Source: an uncultured Hymenobacter sp. (GTDB lineage: Bacteria > Bacteroidota > Bacteroidia > Cytophagales > Hymenobacteraceae). Taken from it: DNA of 64,000 nucleotides. The notes under the pieces were generated by a model. That model had not been told where the DNA came from. It worked only from the letters and a program-made list of their open reading frames with translations, and ran no database searches. The position numbers and the translations under genes are program-made. The stretch is from NCBI RefSeq assembly GCF_964242765.1, contig NZ_CAXTBM010000028.1, forward strand, positions 5,999 to 69,998, given 5' to 3'. This document shows, piece after piece, positions 18,536 through 28,298 of this stretch; the first letter of the stretch is position 1, and each line of letters starts with the position of its first letter.

Positions 18536-21001
18536 TCAGTTAGCTGGTGCGGGGGTTAAAGTTTTCACGTACTTGTTCAGCCACGCATCCGTCTCCCACA
18601 GCACGTGAAGCAGGTTTTCGCGGGCGGTGTAGCCGTGAGCCTCGGCAGGTAGCACTACGTAGCGAGCGGTGGCACCCTGGCCTTTCAGCGCGGCGTAGTA
18701 CCGCTCGCTCTGAATGGGATAGGTACCGGTGTTGTTGTCGGCCTCGCCGTGAATAAGCAGGATGGGGGTTTTCATTTTGTCGGCGTAATTGAATGGCGAC
18801 ATGGCGTTGTACACCTCCGGGGCCTGCCAGTAATTGCGCTCTTCGCCTTGGAAGCCGTAGGGCGTGAGCGTGCGGTTGTAGGCGCCGCTACGGGCAATGC
18901 CGGCCTTGAACAAGTTGGAGTGCGAGAGCAGATTGGCCGTCATGAACGCGCCGTAGCTGTGGCCCATCACACCCACGCGGGCGGCATCGACCACGCCCAA
19001 GCGGACGCCTTCGTCGATGGCCGCTTTGGCGCTGCTTACCAACTGCTCGATATAGGTGTCGTTGGGGTCTTTGTTGCCCTCGCCCACTATCGGAACGCTG
19101 GCATTGGCAAGCACGGCGTAGCCCTGCGTCACCCAGAAGATGGGCGAGCCCCCGTTCAGGCGCGTGAAGGCGTACGGGGAACCGGTGACCTGGCCGGCCG
19201 TGCTTTTGTCCTTGAATTCCAGCGGGTAGGCCGACATGAGGGTAGGCAGCGGGCCATCAGATTTCTTGTAGTTCGGGGGCAGGTAGAGGTCGGCGGTCAG
19301 GGCTACACCGTCGGCGCGCTTGTATTTCAGCACCTGCTTCGGGAAGCTGCCGCCAAAGGCCGCGTAGGGGTTAGCAAATTTGGTTACGGCCGTGAGCTTG
19401 TCTTTCTTGGTGGCGTCGCGCAGGTAATAATTAGGCGATTGGGTGAGCGACTCGCGGCGGGTAAGTAGCTGGCGTTTATTGCCGCTGGCATCGAGAATGG
19501 CTACCGGAACTTCGTACACCGGCGCTTGCGACCGCCACCAACGGGTGGCTTTTTTGGTGCTTAAGTCCATTTCATCCACAAAAGGCCGGTCGCCTTCGGG
19601 AGAGGCGCCGTTGCCCAGCAGGTAGATGCTTTGGCCCATGGAGCCGCCCGTGAGCAACACCGGTTTTCCTTGGGCGTTGCGGTGCTCATAGGGCGTGCCG
19701 GGGTCTTTGTACTTATCTTCCGACGACCCATCAAACAGCACGGCGAGCGGCGCATTTGGCTTGCTGGGGTTCAATTGCCAGGTAGTCTGGTGCCGGTCGG
19801 CCCAGCGGTAGCCTTCGGCCAGGGCCAGTTGGTTGTTGCCCCAGCTCAGGCCGCCAAAGCGCATGGGCAAAGCCGCCAGCAGTTGGGGCGCCCCCGTAAA
19901 CGGCGCCTCGAGGGTAAAGAGCTTGTCACGGATGTCGGCTTTCGTTTTGGGGTTGCCGCCGTCCTGGGCTTCGGCGTAGCAAATGGTGGCCGGCACATCG
20001 GCACGCCAGGCGTGGTTGCGTGGGCCGGTGGCTGCGGCGTCGGCCCCGATGGGCACGGCATCGGCCAGGGGCAGGTCGGCCACGGTTTTTACCGGGGCGC
20101 CGCTGGCTAGGTCCAGCACATCAATGCGCTGCGGAAACCGGTTGATGGGCAGCGTGTAGGCATACGGCCGGTGCCGGGTGCGCAGCAGCACATATTTGCC
20201 ATCGGGCGAGGGCGAAGCGGTTTGAATCACGCCGGGCTGGCCCAGGGGTTGGGCCGCGCCATCGGCCAAGCTCACTTTCACTAGCTGCGAGGTGGCGTAG
20301 TAGTCGAACAGCCGCTCGTCGGCGGGGGTTTTCAGCAAATCCTGGTAGGTGGGGGCGGCGGTTTTTTTGCCACCGCCGCTCTCTTGCACGGCCGGACCGG
20401 TGGGTACAGCATCGGCTGACGGAGCGGGGCCCCGGCCCGCGGGCACGGTGCAGGCCAAAATAGTTTTGCTGTCCGACACCCAGTCAAAGGAATTGCCGAA
20501 GGCGTCGTTGAGGGGCGTGGCCAGCAGGCGGCGGGCGGTGGCGCCGGCCACGTCAGCCACCCACAGCTCCACGCGGCCGTCGGTACCGGAGCCGGGCGTG
20601 GTGAGCGCAAAGGCCATGGTTTTGTTGTCGGGCGACCAACTTACGCTACTGATGCGGGCCTGGGCCGGTAGGCCTTTGACGTCGATTTCGGCACCGCTGG
20701 GCAGGGTTTTGAGCTTGATGCCCACGGCGTAGCTCACGCGGCTCTGGCCGTTGGTGCGGGGATTGAAGCGCAGACCGGCCAAGCGCAGCTCGGGTTGGGA
20801 CAACTCGGCTATGGTAGGGAAATCCTGCACTTGCAGCAGGGCCACGACGCGGCCATCAGACGAGAGGCTGACGCGCGGTGTGGGCGGGGCCAGCAGCAAA
20901 TCTTGCAGGGCCTTGGGCGGCGTTTGGTACTTGAAATCCTGAGCCTCAGACACGGCAGCAGTAGCAAGTAATAAGGTGGCGGAAAGAAGCAGTTTGTTCA
21001 T
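18536..21001 (-). CDS. S9-family serine peptidase (prolyl oligopeptidase family) with an N-terminal beta-propeller
   Basis: Start MNKLLLSATLLLATAAVSEAQ (signal peptide; ATG 20999-21001). Catalytic region ...VGVMGHSYGAFMTANLL (GxSxG) ...LLIHGEADNN...HGY. Confidence 0.9.
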   Translation of the reverse strand: MNKLLLSATLLLATAAVSEAQDFKYQTPPKALQDLLLAPPTPRVSLSSDGRVVALLQVQDFPTIAELSQPELRLAGLRFNPRTNGQSRVSYAVGIKLKTLPSGAEIDVKGLPAQARISSVSWSPDNKTMAFALTTPGSGTDGRVELWVADVAGATARRLLATPLNDAFGNSFDWVSDSKTILACTVPAGRGPAPSADAVPTGPAVQESGGGKKTAAPTYQDLLKTPADERLFDYYATSQLVKVSLADGAAQPLGQPGVIQTASPSPDGKYVLLRTRHRPYAYTLPINRFPQRIDVLDLASGAPVKTVADLPLADAVPIGADAAATGPRNHAWRADVPATICYAEAQDGGNPKTKADIRDKLFTLEAPFTGAPQLLAALPMRFGGLSWGNNQLALAEGYRWADRHQTTWQLNPSKPNAPLAVLFDGSSEDKYKDPGTPYEHRNAQGKPVLLTGGSMGQSIYLLGNGASPEGDRPFVDEMDLSTKKATRWWRSQAPVYEVPVAILDASGNKRQLLTRRESLTQSPNYYLRDATKKDKLTAVTKFANPYAAFGGSFPKQVLKYKRADGVALTADLYLPPNYKKSDGPLPTLMSAYPLEFKDKSTAGQVTGSPYAFTRLNGGSPIFWVTQGYAVLANASVPIVGEGNKDPNDTYIEQLVSSAKAAIDEGVRLGVVDAARVGVMGHSYGAFMTANLLSHSNLFKAGIARSGAYNRTLTPYGFQGEERNYWQAPEVYNAMSPFNYADKMKTPILLIHGEADNNTGTYPIQSERYYAALKGQGATARYVVLPAEAHGYTARENLLHVLWETDAWLNKYVKTLTPAPAN

Positions 21002-21264
21002 ACGCAGAAATGAAAAGAGAAACTGTTTGTTATGGCTAGCAGCCGGGGTGAAGAGGCCCTGCTGACAAACGCGGCGACCTCTGTAGTACAACAAGATAAA
21101 TAAACCCTTCGGCTGAAACGACTCACTAGCTGACGCCTAAGCAAGTAAATAGGCGCATCAGCGGATGAAGCAAAGCTGACTTAGATGAGAGACAGACGGT
21201 GCGCGCAGGTGGTTTGATTTTGGTGGCTATCAGTGCATTCCGCCGCCAATTCACTTACTTTTCC

Positions 21265-23598
21265 TCATGGCGTGGGGTCGGGCCTGGGGGTCATTTCGTA
21301 GTCCTGTGGCGGTTCGGCACCAGCCAAGTTGCGCACAAAATAGTCCCAGCGGCGGCGGGTCATGTAGGGCGAATAGGCGCCGTAGCCATGGGTGGCGTTC
21401 GGCAACACCACCAAGTCGTAGCTTTTGTTGGCTTTGGTTAGGGCTTCCACTACCAGCATGGTGTTGTAGGGCGGCACGTTATTGTCCAGCAGACCGTGGG
21501 CTAGCAAGAGCTTGCCTTTGAGGTTTTTAGCCAACGGCGCGTTGGCTTGCGAATCGTAGTTGGAAGTGCCGTTGGCCTGAAGCGTAAGCAGGCCAATGTA
21601 CCGCTCGCCCCAATCGTCTTCGTAGTTGCGGCTGTCGTGGTTACCGGACTCGGAAATGCCGACTTTGAAGAAATCCGGGTAGCGAAACATCGCCGCCGCC
21701 GCCGCGAAGCCGCCACCGGAGTGCCCCCAGATGCCGGCCCGGCTCAGGTCGAGGTACGGGTAGCGCTCCGCTAGCTGCCGCATGCCGGCTATTTGATCGG
21801 AAAGCGTGTTCTCGGCCATGTTGCCGTAGCAGGCATCGTGGAAACTTTTAGAACGCAGCGGGTTGCAACTGCCTTCCAGCACGACCACCACGAAGCCCAG
21901 CTCGGCCAGCGCCTGGTGGTCGCCCCGCGCCGGGGTAAACGACCAGCTACCGACGCTGCCGCCCTGCGGCCCCGGATAGATATAGTTGACAACCGGGTAT
22001 TTCTTGGCCGGGTCCAGCATGGAGGGCGTGAACAACAGGCCGTAGAGGTCGGTCTGGCCGTCCTGGGCCTTGACTGTGATGGGAGTAGGCGGCTTCCAGC
22101 CGGTTGCCGTGAGGCGGGAAATATCGGTTTTCTCTAAGGACGAGACGAGTTTGCCATCCACGGACCGAAGCAGGGTTGCGCCCGGACGGTCGGGCTGCGA
22201 GTAGCTGTCAATAAAATAGCGGCCCGAAGGCGACAGGGTAACGAGGTGGTTGCCGGTTTCCGGCGTGAGTAGGGTGAGGTTTTTACCGTCCATCCCAATC
22301 CGGTACAGGTAGCTGAAATACGGATTGCCCGGCTCGCGGCCCCCGGCCAGAAAATACAGCTGGCGGCGCTGCTCGTCCACTTTCAGTAGCTGCGTCACCA
22401 CCCAGTTGCCCTTGGTAATCTGCTGCTTAAGCTGGCCGGTGGTGGCATCGTAGAGGTAGAGGTGGCCCCAGTTGTCGCGCTCAGAATACCAGATAACCTC
22501 TTTCTTGCGGGGCAAATAGCGCCAGTTGATGGCGCCCTGGCCGGATTCGTACTGCGTAGCCACGGTTTCCGAAAACACCTCCCGGATGGTGCCGGTCGCG
22601 GCGTCGGCCACCCGGAATTTCTCCTGCTTGTGGTCGCGCGAGGTGGATACAAACGCCAGTTGGGTTGCGTCGGGGCTCCAGTCCACGTCGTCAAAACCCA
22701 TGCCGCCGCAGGAAATATCGTCGCAGAGCGAGCCCCGGCGCGGGTCGGGCGCCATTTGCAGGCGCACCACTTTCGGGCTGTTTACTTCCACAATCACCCG
22801 CTCGATGGTGATGATGTCCTTGTCGCCGGGCAGCGGGTACTTCCACGATTTCAGCGTCGGCTTGCCCACGTTGGTCGTAACCAGGTACATGTCACTCACC
22901 TTGCGCTGGTCCTGCTTGAAGGTGGCAATTTTGCGCGAGTCCGGCGACCAGAGTAGCACGGGCCGGTCACTGGTGGTCCAGCCGGCATTGTCGGTGGCGT
23001 AACCGAAATTCTGGGCGCCGTCGGTGGTGAGCGGGGTTTGCTGGTTGGTTTTCGTGTCGCGCACCCACAGGTTGTAGTCGTGGATGTAGGCCGCCAGCCG
23101 ACCATCGGGCGACACGATTTCGTTGTCGGTATTGACGCTGGCCTCAGGGCTGACCGTTGGCGGGGCCGCGGAACTTAACTGACCGTTCGCCAGCTCATAT
23201 TTCCAGTCCTTACCGTTCGCCGCAAAGAAAATCACCTTCTCATCGGGCGAAAACGTGAAGCGGCGAAACGGCAGCCGGTCCGCGTTGTACTGCTGGCCGC
23301 TGGCCGCCGAAAGCGCGGCGGCCAGTTGAGCGTGGTTGAACGCCGCGGTGCGGGTTTTGCGGGCCGGGTTCACCAAAATGAACTCGTTGCCCTGCGCCGT
23401 GGAAACCCGGTACCAGAATCGGTCATTGGCCAGCCAAGTCGGCCGTTCGCTGCTATGATCGACCAGGGGTTGGGTGTTGTAGCCCATGAAGCGTTCCGCC
23501 CGGGCGTAGTCTTGGGTTGTGCGGACGGGCAGTTGCTGGGCCGGAACCGCCGAAACCGAGCAAACCACCGCGGTAAGGGCCAGTAAATACTTGTGCAT
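21265..23598 (-). CDS. Dipeptidyl-peptidase IV-like S9B serine peptidase
   Basis: Signal peptide. The DPPIV_N-like propeller has WSPDSRKIATFKQDQRKV and WSPDATQLAF. Catalytic region ...AGIWGHSGGGFAAAAAM...LLLAHGLLDNNV...HGYG. Confidence 0.9.
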   Translation of the reverse strand: MHKYLLALTAVVCSVSAVPAQQLPVRTTQDYARAERFMGYNTQPLVDHSSERPTWLANDRFWYRVSTAQGNEFILVNPARKTRTAAFNHAQLAAALSAASGQQYNADRLPFRRFTFSPDEKVIFFAANGKDWKYELANGQLSSAAPPTVSPEASVNTDNEIVSPDGRLAAYIHDYNLWVRDTKTNQQTPLTTDGAQNFGYATDNAGWTTSDRPVLLWSPDSRKIATFKQDQRKVSDMYLVTTNVGKPTLKSWKYPLPGDKDIITIERVIVEVNSPKVVRLQMAPDPRRGSLCDDISCGGMGFDDVDWSPDATQLAFVSTSRDHKQEKFRVADAATGTIREVFSETVATQYESGQGAINWRYLPRKKEVIWYSERDNWGHLYLYDATTGQLKQQITKGNWVVTQLLKVDEQRRQLYFLAGGREPGNPYFSYLYRIGMDGKNLTLLTPETGNHLVTLSPSGRYFIDSYSQPDRPGATLLRSVDGKLVSSLEKTDISRLTATGWKPPTPITVKAQDGQTDLYGLLFTPSMLDPAKKYPVVNYIYPGPQGGSVGSWSFTPARGDHQALAELGFVVVVLEGSCNPLRSKSFHDACYGNMAENTLSDQIAGMRQLAERYPYLDLSRAGIWGHSGGGFAAAAAMFRYPDFFKVGISESGNHDSRNYEDDWGERYIGLLTLQANGTSNYDSQANAPLAKNLKGKLLLAHGLLDNNVPPYNTMLVVEALTKANKSYDLVVLPNATHGYGAYSPYMTRRRWDYFVRNLAGAEPPQDYEMTPRPDPTP

Positions 23599-23773
23599 AG
23601 GCTTTGCTGGAAATAGGCTAAAAGTCAGGATTATTAGGAGTGTAAGGTATTGCGAAATACGTAACTGAGCGTCTTCCTTGAGCAGCCTAAGCCACTAAAA
23701 TCGTGGGAAGCCTGTCTAAAGGAACTCAGTAGCACGAACGGCTTGGACGCGTATCTTTCGGCAAGCGAGAGTT

Positions 23774-24280
23774 TTGTCTCACCTGTCTTACTCCACTCCC
23801 ATGGCTTCTTCCCGGTATTCAGGTTCAAGTTGGGCCTTGACAAGCACGGCGTTGGTCGCCGGCACCTTGGACATTGCCACGGCCTTAACCAAGTACTTCC
23901 TGACCACGGGCCGCTCGCCCCTGAACGTATTGCGCTACGTGGCCAGCGGGGTGTGGGGCCCGCAGGCCCTGACGGGTGGCTTGGCTATGGCCGCCGGGGG
24001 CTTGGTGCTGCACTACACGATTGCCTTCCTGTTTACGGGCTTCCTCTTTTGGCTCTACCCCAAAGGGCGTCTGCACGCCTTCCATCCCCTGCTGGTAGGC
24101 GTGCTGTACGGCTCTTTCGTGTGGCTGGTGATGAACCTCGTGGCGGTGCCGGCCTCGCAGGTTGCGGCCGCTCCTTTTCGCCTTGGGCACGCGGCCGGGG
24201 AACTGCTTGTTATTGTGGTCTGCGTGGGGCTGCCCATTGCCTTCGGCGCCCACCGCTTCTACCGGCGGCAAGTAAAGTGA
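23774..24280 (+). CDS. Hypothetical integral membrane protein (about 4 TM helices)
   Basis: Has hydrophobic segments such as LAMAAGGLVLHYTIAFLFTGFLFWLY, HPLLVGVLYGSFVWLVMNLVAV and LLVIVVCVGLPIAFGA. The overlapping 204-aa frame (23743-24357) is R/G-rich and rejected. The start may be M10. Confidence 0.6.
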   Translation: MSHLSYSTPMASSRYSGSSWALTSTALVAGTLDIATALTKYFLTTGRSPLNVLRYVASGVWGPQALTGGLAMAAGGLVLHYTIAFLFTGFLFWLYPKGRLHAFHPLLVGVLYGSFVWLVMNLVAVPASQVAAAPFRLGHAAGELLVIVVCVGLPIAFGAHRFYRRQVK

Positions 24281-24353
24281 AAGCGGCTAATTGCCTTCAG
24301 GACCAGGCATTCCCCTTGTATCTGGCTTTGCGAGTACCTCTCCTTGCAGCCTC

Positions 24354-24986
24354 CTAGACGCTAACCTGCTCCATTCCGTACTGCTTTAAAACGTCCACGG
24401 GCACTCCCGTCCAGCGGTTAGGCGCGTTGCCGACGTAGCCAATGTCCGCCATGCCTATTTTGCTGCTGAAAAAGCCCGACGCCGTCAGATCCCGCATTCG
24501 GTTGAAAAAAGTAACTCCCTGCTTCATTTCCTTGGTTGCTTTGCGCGGATACGCTATGGCCGTCACCATTTCTAGCTGCTGCTGGGCCGAGCAGTCGACA
24601 AAAGCGTGATTGAAACGGTTCAGGCATTGCATATCCAGCCAGCGTAGTCCGCCCCGCATCGGCACCTGATGCTCGGGTATGTCTTTGACAATAAACTCGA
24701 TAAAATCAGGCACTTTCGCGTCCGAGGCACTGCCCGACTTTTCGTCTTTGGGGATAATAATATCAGCCAATACCGTGATAGTGGCCATTTCGTGCTCGGT
24801 GAAAAACGTAATCTGGTTTAGTTTCTCCTCTCTTTCTATCTCGAATTCCTGCCTCCCGGTATTGTCTTTAACTGGCTTTACGGCTACTTCAGGAGCCTTC
24901 TTCTGCTCTTTGCTACAGGCCTCCAACAAAAGCGCGGTTGAAAGGGTAGCTACGCCTATTGCTTTCAAAGAATCACGTCTTTTCAT
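24354..24986 (-). CDS. Gluconate 2-dehydrogenase subunit 3 family protein (small subunit of a GMC dehydrogenase; Tat/lipoprotein leader)
   Basis: MKRRDSLKAIGVATLSTALLLEAC leader. It is 19 nt downstream of the GMC oxidoreductase gene, which is the typical pairing. Confidence 0.85.
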   Translation of the reverse strand: MKRRDSLKAIGVATLSTALLLEACSKEQKKAPEVAVKPVKDNTGRQEFEIEREEKLNQITFFTEHEMATITVLADIIIPKDEKSGSASDAKVPDFIEFIVKDIPEHQVPMRGGLRWLDMQCLNRFNHAFVDCSAQQQLEMVTAIAYPRKATKEMKQGVTFFNRMRDLTASGFFSSKIGMADIGYVGNAPNRWTGVPVDVLKQYGMEQVSV

Positions 24987-25005
24987 CTGAATCGAGAATC
25001 ACCAG

Positions 25006-26748
25006 TTAGACATTCAATTTATTGCGCTGATCAAGTATGTACTCGCTCGTACGCATGGAAAGCGCGAGGATGGTCCAGGTCGCGTTTTTGTCGCCCTGCT
25101 GGACGAACGGGGAGGCATCCACGACAAACAGGTTTTTGCAGTCATGGGCTTGGCTCCATTTGTTGAGCGCCGATTTTTTGGGGTCGTCGCCCATTCTGAC
25201 CGTACCAACCTCGTGAATGATGCGCCCGGGGGCTTCGAGGCCGTAGTTGGTTTCGGGCCCCGGAATTTTTGAGGTGATAATGGCACCCATTTCGTGCATC
25301 ACGGCTTGAAAGGTTTCCTGCATGTGCTTGGCCTGTTTGACTTCCGCATCCGTCCACTTATAATGGAATTTCAAGACGGGGATGCCATACTTATCCACCA
25401 CATCACGGTCAATCTCGCAATAATTATCTTCCCGGGCGATGGCCGTTCCCCGGCCCGCCATTCCCACTTGCGTGCCGTAAAAGCGCCGGTAATCATCTTT
25501 CAGCGCTGCGCCAAACCCGCCGGCTTCTTTCATCTTGCCGTCGCGGCCGGGAACCAGCCCGTTGACGTCCTGGATGCCGCTCCCAAACCCGTAAGCCGGC
25601 ATGTGCATGCCACCGCCGTATTCAATGTGATAACCGCGCGGGAAATCCAATTTTTTGTTGTCGAGCCACCAGGGACTGTAAATGTGCACGCTGCCCACCC
25701 CGTCCTCGTTGTAGCGTTTTCGATCCATTAGTTGCGGTAAAAAGCCCCGCAAGCTGGCGCCCGTCGAATCGTGCAGGTATTTGCCGACTATTCCACTGTT
25801 GTTGGCTAACCCATTGGGATGGGCCACCGACGTGGAGTTGAGCAGCAACCGGGCCGATTCCCCGGCGCTGGCGCCCAGAATCACAATCTTGGCGTTTACC
25901 TGATATTCTTGTAGATCCTTTTTATCGACGTACGATATCCCAGTCGCCAGGCCGTCCGGGCCCGTCAGCACCTCGCGGACCATGGCATTGGTTATCACCT
26001 TTAGATTGCCGGTTTTCATGGCCGGAATAACCAAGCACGAGGATGCCGAAAAATCGCCGTACACTTTGCAGCTACGACCACATTGTCCGCAGTAAAAACA
26101 GGCGCCCCGGTCTTTGTTGCCCGGCAGGCTTTCCGTTAAAACGGACCCTCGCCCCGGTATCACGGTTACGCCGGCCTTGGCGGCGCCTTGCTTGATAAAT
26201 AGTTCGTTGAGGCGGGGTTTCGGCGGCGGAAGAAAAATGCCGTCCGGTTCATTTTCCAGGCCCTCCACGGTGCCATACACGCCAATCAGGCGGTCAACTT
26301 TATCGTAGAAGGGTTTAACTTCCTCGTAGGTAATCGGCCAATCGTCCGTCAGGCCATCGAGGTGGTGGCTTTTAAAGTCGTTAGGCCCCATTCGTAGGGA
26401 GATACGGCCCCAGTGGTTGGTTCGCCCGCCCAGCATGCGGGAGCGAAACCAGTTAAATTCCGTTTTATCCTTGGTGGTGTACGGTTCGCCTTCCAACTCC
26501 CACCCGCCATACGCGGCATCGAAATCCCCGAACGGCCTGGTAGTGGACGCTCCTCTCCGGGGCGATTCATAGGAAAATTTCAACTGCTGCGCATCCTTAG
26601 CAGGGTCGAAAAACGGTCCGGCTTCCACCATCAACACCTTCAGGCCGGCCTGCGCCAACACGTAGCCGGCCATACCGCCCCCGGCACCGGAACCCACCAC
26701 AACGGCATCGTACACCGTCCCCGACTTCTTTATTTGAATATTATTCAT
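25006..26748 (-). CDS. GMC-family FAD-dependent oxidoreductase (large subunit)
   Basis: YDAVVVGSGAGGGMAGYVLAQAGLKVLMVEAG is the FAD Rossmann motif (GxGxxG). C-terminal ...HEVGTVRMGDDPKKSALN...NLFVVDASPF is typical of the GMC family. Confidence 0.92.
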   Translation of the reverse strand: MNNIQIKKSGTVYDAVVVGSGAGGGMAGYVLAQAGLKVLMVEAGPFFDPAKDAQQLKFSYESPRRGASTTRPFGDFDAAYGGWELEGEPYTTKDKTEFNWFRSRMLGGRTNHWGRISLRMGPNDFKSHHLDGLTDDWPITYEEVKPFYDKVDRLIGVYGTVEGLENEPDGIFLPPPKPRLNELFIKQGAAKAGVTVIPGRGSVLTESLPGNKDRGACFYCGQCGRSCKVYGDFSASSCLVIPAMKTGNLKVITNAMVREVLTGPDGLATGISYVDKKDLQEYQVNAKIVILGASAGESARLLLNSTSVAHPNGLANNSGIVGKYLHDSTGASLRGFLPQLMDRKRYNEDGVGSVHIYSPWWLDNKKLDFPRGYHIEYGGGMHMPAYGFGSGIQDVNGLVPGRDGKMKEAGGFGAALKDDYRRFYGTQVGMAGRGTAIAREDNYCEIDRDVVDKYGIPVLKFHYKWTDAEVKQAKHMQETFQAVMHEMGAIITSKIPGPETNYGLEAPGRIIHEVGTVRMGDDPKKSALNKWSQAHDCKNLFVVDASPFVQQGDKNATWTILALSMRTSEYILDQRNKLNV

Positions 26749-26832
26749 AAATGCAGTTACCAGTTACAACTCTTCGATTTTAATAGTCCGAGGGGAGGTT
26801 AGTTTTGGGAAAGGGAGTGGCGTACGCTTGAT

Positions 26833-26848
26833 GCTAATACGTATTAGC
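26833..26848. promoter_or_regulatory. Perfect 16-bp palindrome upstream of the GMC operon (candidate operator)
   Basis: GCTAATAC|GTATTAGC lies about 85 nt upstream of the GMC start codon (26748). The palindrome is certain; its function is not. Confidence 0.3.
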
Positions 26849-27277
26849 TGGAGAACCTGCCTATCAGGGAGGCCCTCCCAAAACAAAGCCGTTGAAACTT
26901 GGCTCCGGGGGTCGCTGCTCTAGCGGCTTAGTCGTATGGCAATGCAGCAGGGAGTTGAATGCGATGGTGCTCCCTACCTCGGCGTTTGTGCTCTCAATCC
27001 GTCAAGCAACCCAGGAACCGGAACGCCAGACGGTGGCAATTTTCCCGAAAGCTCCCGTTGCATGGTTCAATATAGGAGTTATTGCTGGGTTTGCCGAGCC
27101 CGGAAAAAGTTGCCGTGGCAGGCGGTAAGTATGCTCTCAACAGGGCACTGCCAAGCTAACGGCGGTTATTGCCGATGGACGCGGCCAGTCACGTAGGCGT
27201 TGCCGGCCGCGTCCACGGCTGATTAGACCAGGCTTTGGGGGTATGCCGTGCCCTCCAAACTTCCCTGATTTCGCGGC

Positions 27278-27904
27278 CTATGTTAATGCGTCGAGGCTGC
27301 GCCGGGCGTGGCTGGCCGGGCCCAGGCGCTGAAATTCCGTCGGGGTGAGACCCGTCACCTGTCGGAATTGCCGCGAGAGGTGCGCCGCACTGCTGTAACC
27401 TAGATTCCCGGCTACCTCGGCAATGCTCAATTCCCCGTAGCCAATCAGTTCCTTGGCTCGCTCCACCTTCTGGCGAATACTGAACTTCTCGATGGTGAGC
27501 CCCTCGGAAACGGAAAACAAATGGGAAAGATAAGGGTAGTCGCGCCCCAGGTGCTCGACCAAGTAAGTTGAGTAGTTGAGCAGGCGCGGGCCGGGCGGCG
27601 GGTAATGAATCAAAGTCACCAGCAAGGTTTTGATACGGTCCACGAGCTGGGCCCGGGGGTCTTCCAGCAGGGCAAAACCCGCCTGCTCTAACGTGGTGCG
27701 GATGGCCGGCCAGTCGGGTTCCGTGCCCTCCCCTACTGCCGACACCTCCGCTTCGCCCAGGGCCACGCGGTGCACTTGCAAGCCCAGCGCCAAAAGACCA
27801 TCCCAGACCACACGAATGCACTGAGGGCACACCATATTCCTGATCAACAGCCGGTGCGTGCCCGCCGAGGGCAAAGTATGGGCAACGCTTACATCCGTTT
27901 TCAT
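27278..27904 (-). CDS. AraC-family transcriptional regulator with an N-terminal HMA-like metal-binding domain
   Basis: The N-terminus ...HRLLIRNMVCPQCIRVVWDGLLALGLQV...EAEV... has an MxCxxC motif in a beta-alpha-beta-like context. The C-terminus ...IAEVAGNLGYSSAAHLSRQFRQVTGLTPTEFQ is an AraC HTH. Confidence 0.85.
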   Translation of the reverse strand: MKTDVSVAHTLPSAGTHRLLIRNMVCPQCIRVVWDGLLALGLQVHRVALGEAEVSAVGEGTEPDWPAIRTTLEQAGFALLEDPRAQLVDRIKTLLVTLIHYPPPGPRLLNYSTYLVEHLGRDYPYLSHLFSVSEGLTIEKFSIRQKVERAKELIGYGELSIAEVAGNLGYSSAAHLSRQFRQVTGLTPTEFQRLGPASHARRSLDALT

Positions 27905-27916
27905 GGCAGTGCTAGC

Positions 27917-28294
27917 TTATTTTACAATCAGGCTGCCCCGCAGCATGCCCATGCCGCAGGTAAACTCGAATCGGCCCGCCTGCTGGGGCAGCACTTCCAC
28001 GAGCGTCGTTTGGAAGGCGGGCAGTTCGCGGCGGACATTGAAGGCGGGCATGAGCAGCTCTTCCGAGCAACTGCTTTCCTCGTCGCGGTAGAAGCTTAGC
28101 TGCACCAGCTTGCCGCGTTCCACTTCAATCACGTTGGGCGAGTAGCCGCCCTTTACGGTGATGTCCACTTCCTGCACGCCGCTCGACGAAGACACGGCGC
28201 TGGCTGCCGGCCGGGTGAAAAAGAAAAAGTACCAGACAACAAAGGCGGACAGGGCCAGCCCGGTCAGCGTCACTATGATTTCGGCGGTATCCAT
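27917..28294 (-). CDS. Membrane-anchored cupredoxin-like domain protein (CopA-associated)
   Basis: N-terminal TM helix IIVTLTGLALSAFVVWYFFFF, then ...VDITVKGGYSPNVIEVERGKLVQLSFYRDEESSCSEELLMPAFNV...GRFEFTCGMGMLRGSLIVK. It is 4 nt downstream of copA. Confidence 0.8.
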   Translation of the reverse strand: MDTAEIIVTLTGLALSAFVVWYFFFFTRPAASAVSSSSGVQEVDITVKGGYSPNVIEVERGKLVQLSFYRDEESSCSEELLMPAFNVRRELPAFQTTLVEVLPQQAGRFEFTCGMGMLRGSLIVK

Positions 28295-28298
28295 AATA

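Noticed and set aside
18536-23598. Two adjacent S9 peptidase genes as a possible novel system
   Set aside because: They are different S9 subfamilies, each with its own signal peptide and catalytic motifs. This is a common arrangement of secreted peptidases in Bacteroidota and nothing about it is unexplained.
23743-24357. 204-aa plus-strand ORF overlapping the 168-aa membrane-protein frame
   Set aside because: It is R/G/A/L-rich and not membrane-like. The alternative frame gives four clean hydrophobic helices. Neither frame has a recognised family, so confidence in this region stays moderate.
26881-27180. Possible riboswitch or known ncRNA in the long GMC-operon leader
   Set aside because: I read both strands. 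Several short stems are present, but no match to the cobalamin, TPP, SAM, FMN, 6S, SRP, tmRNA or RNase P signatures I know. It is kept only as a low-interest finding.
27189-27830. 213-aa alternative minus frame overlapping the AraC-HMA regulator
   Set aside because: It is an extremely G/R/P-rich frame with no domain features. The 27278-27904 frame has the HMA and AraC HTH motifs.
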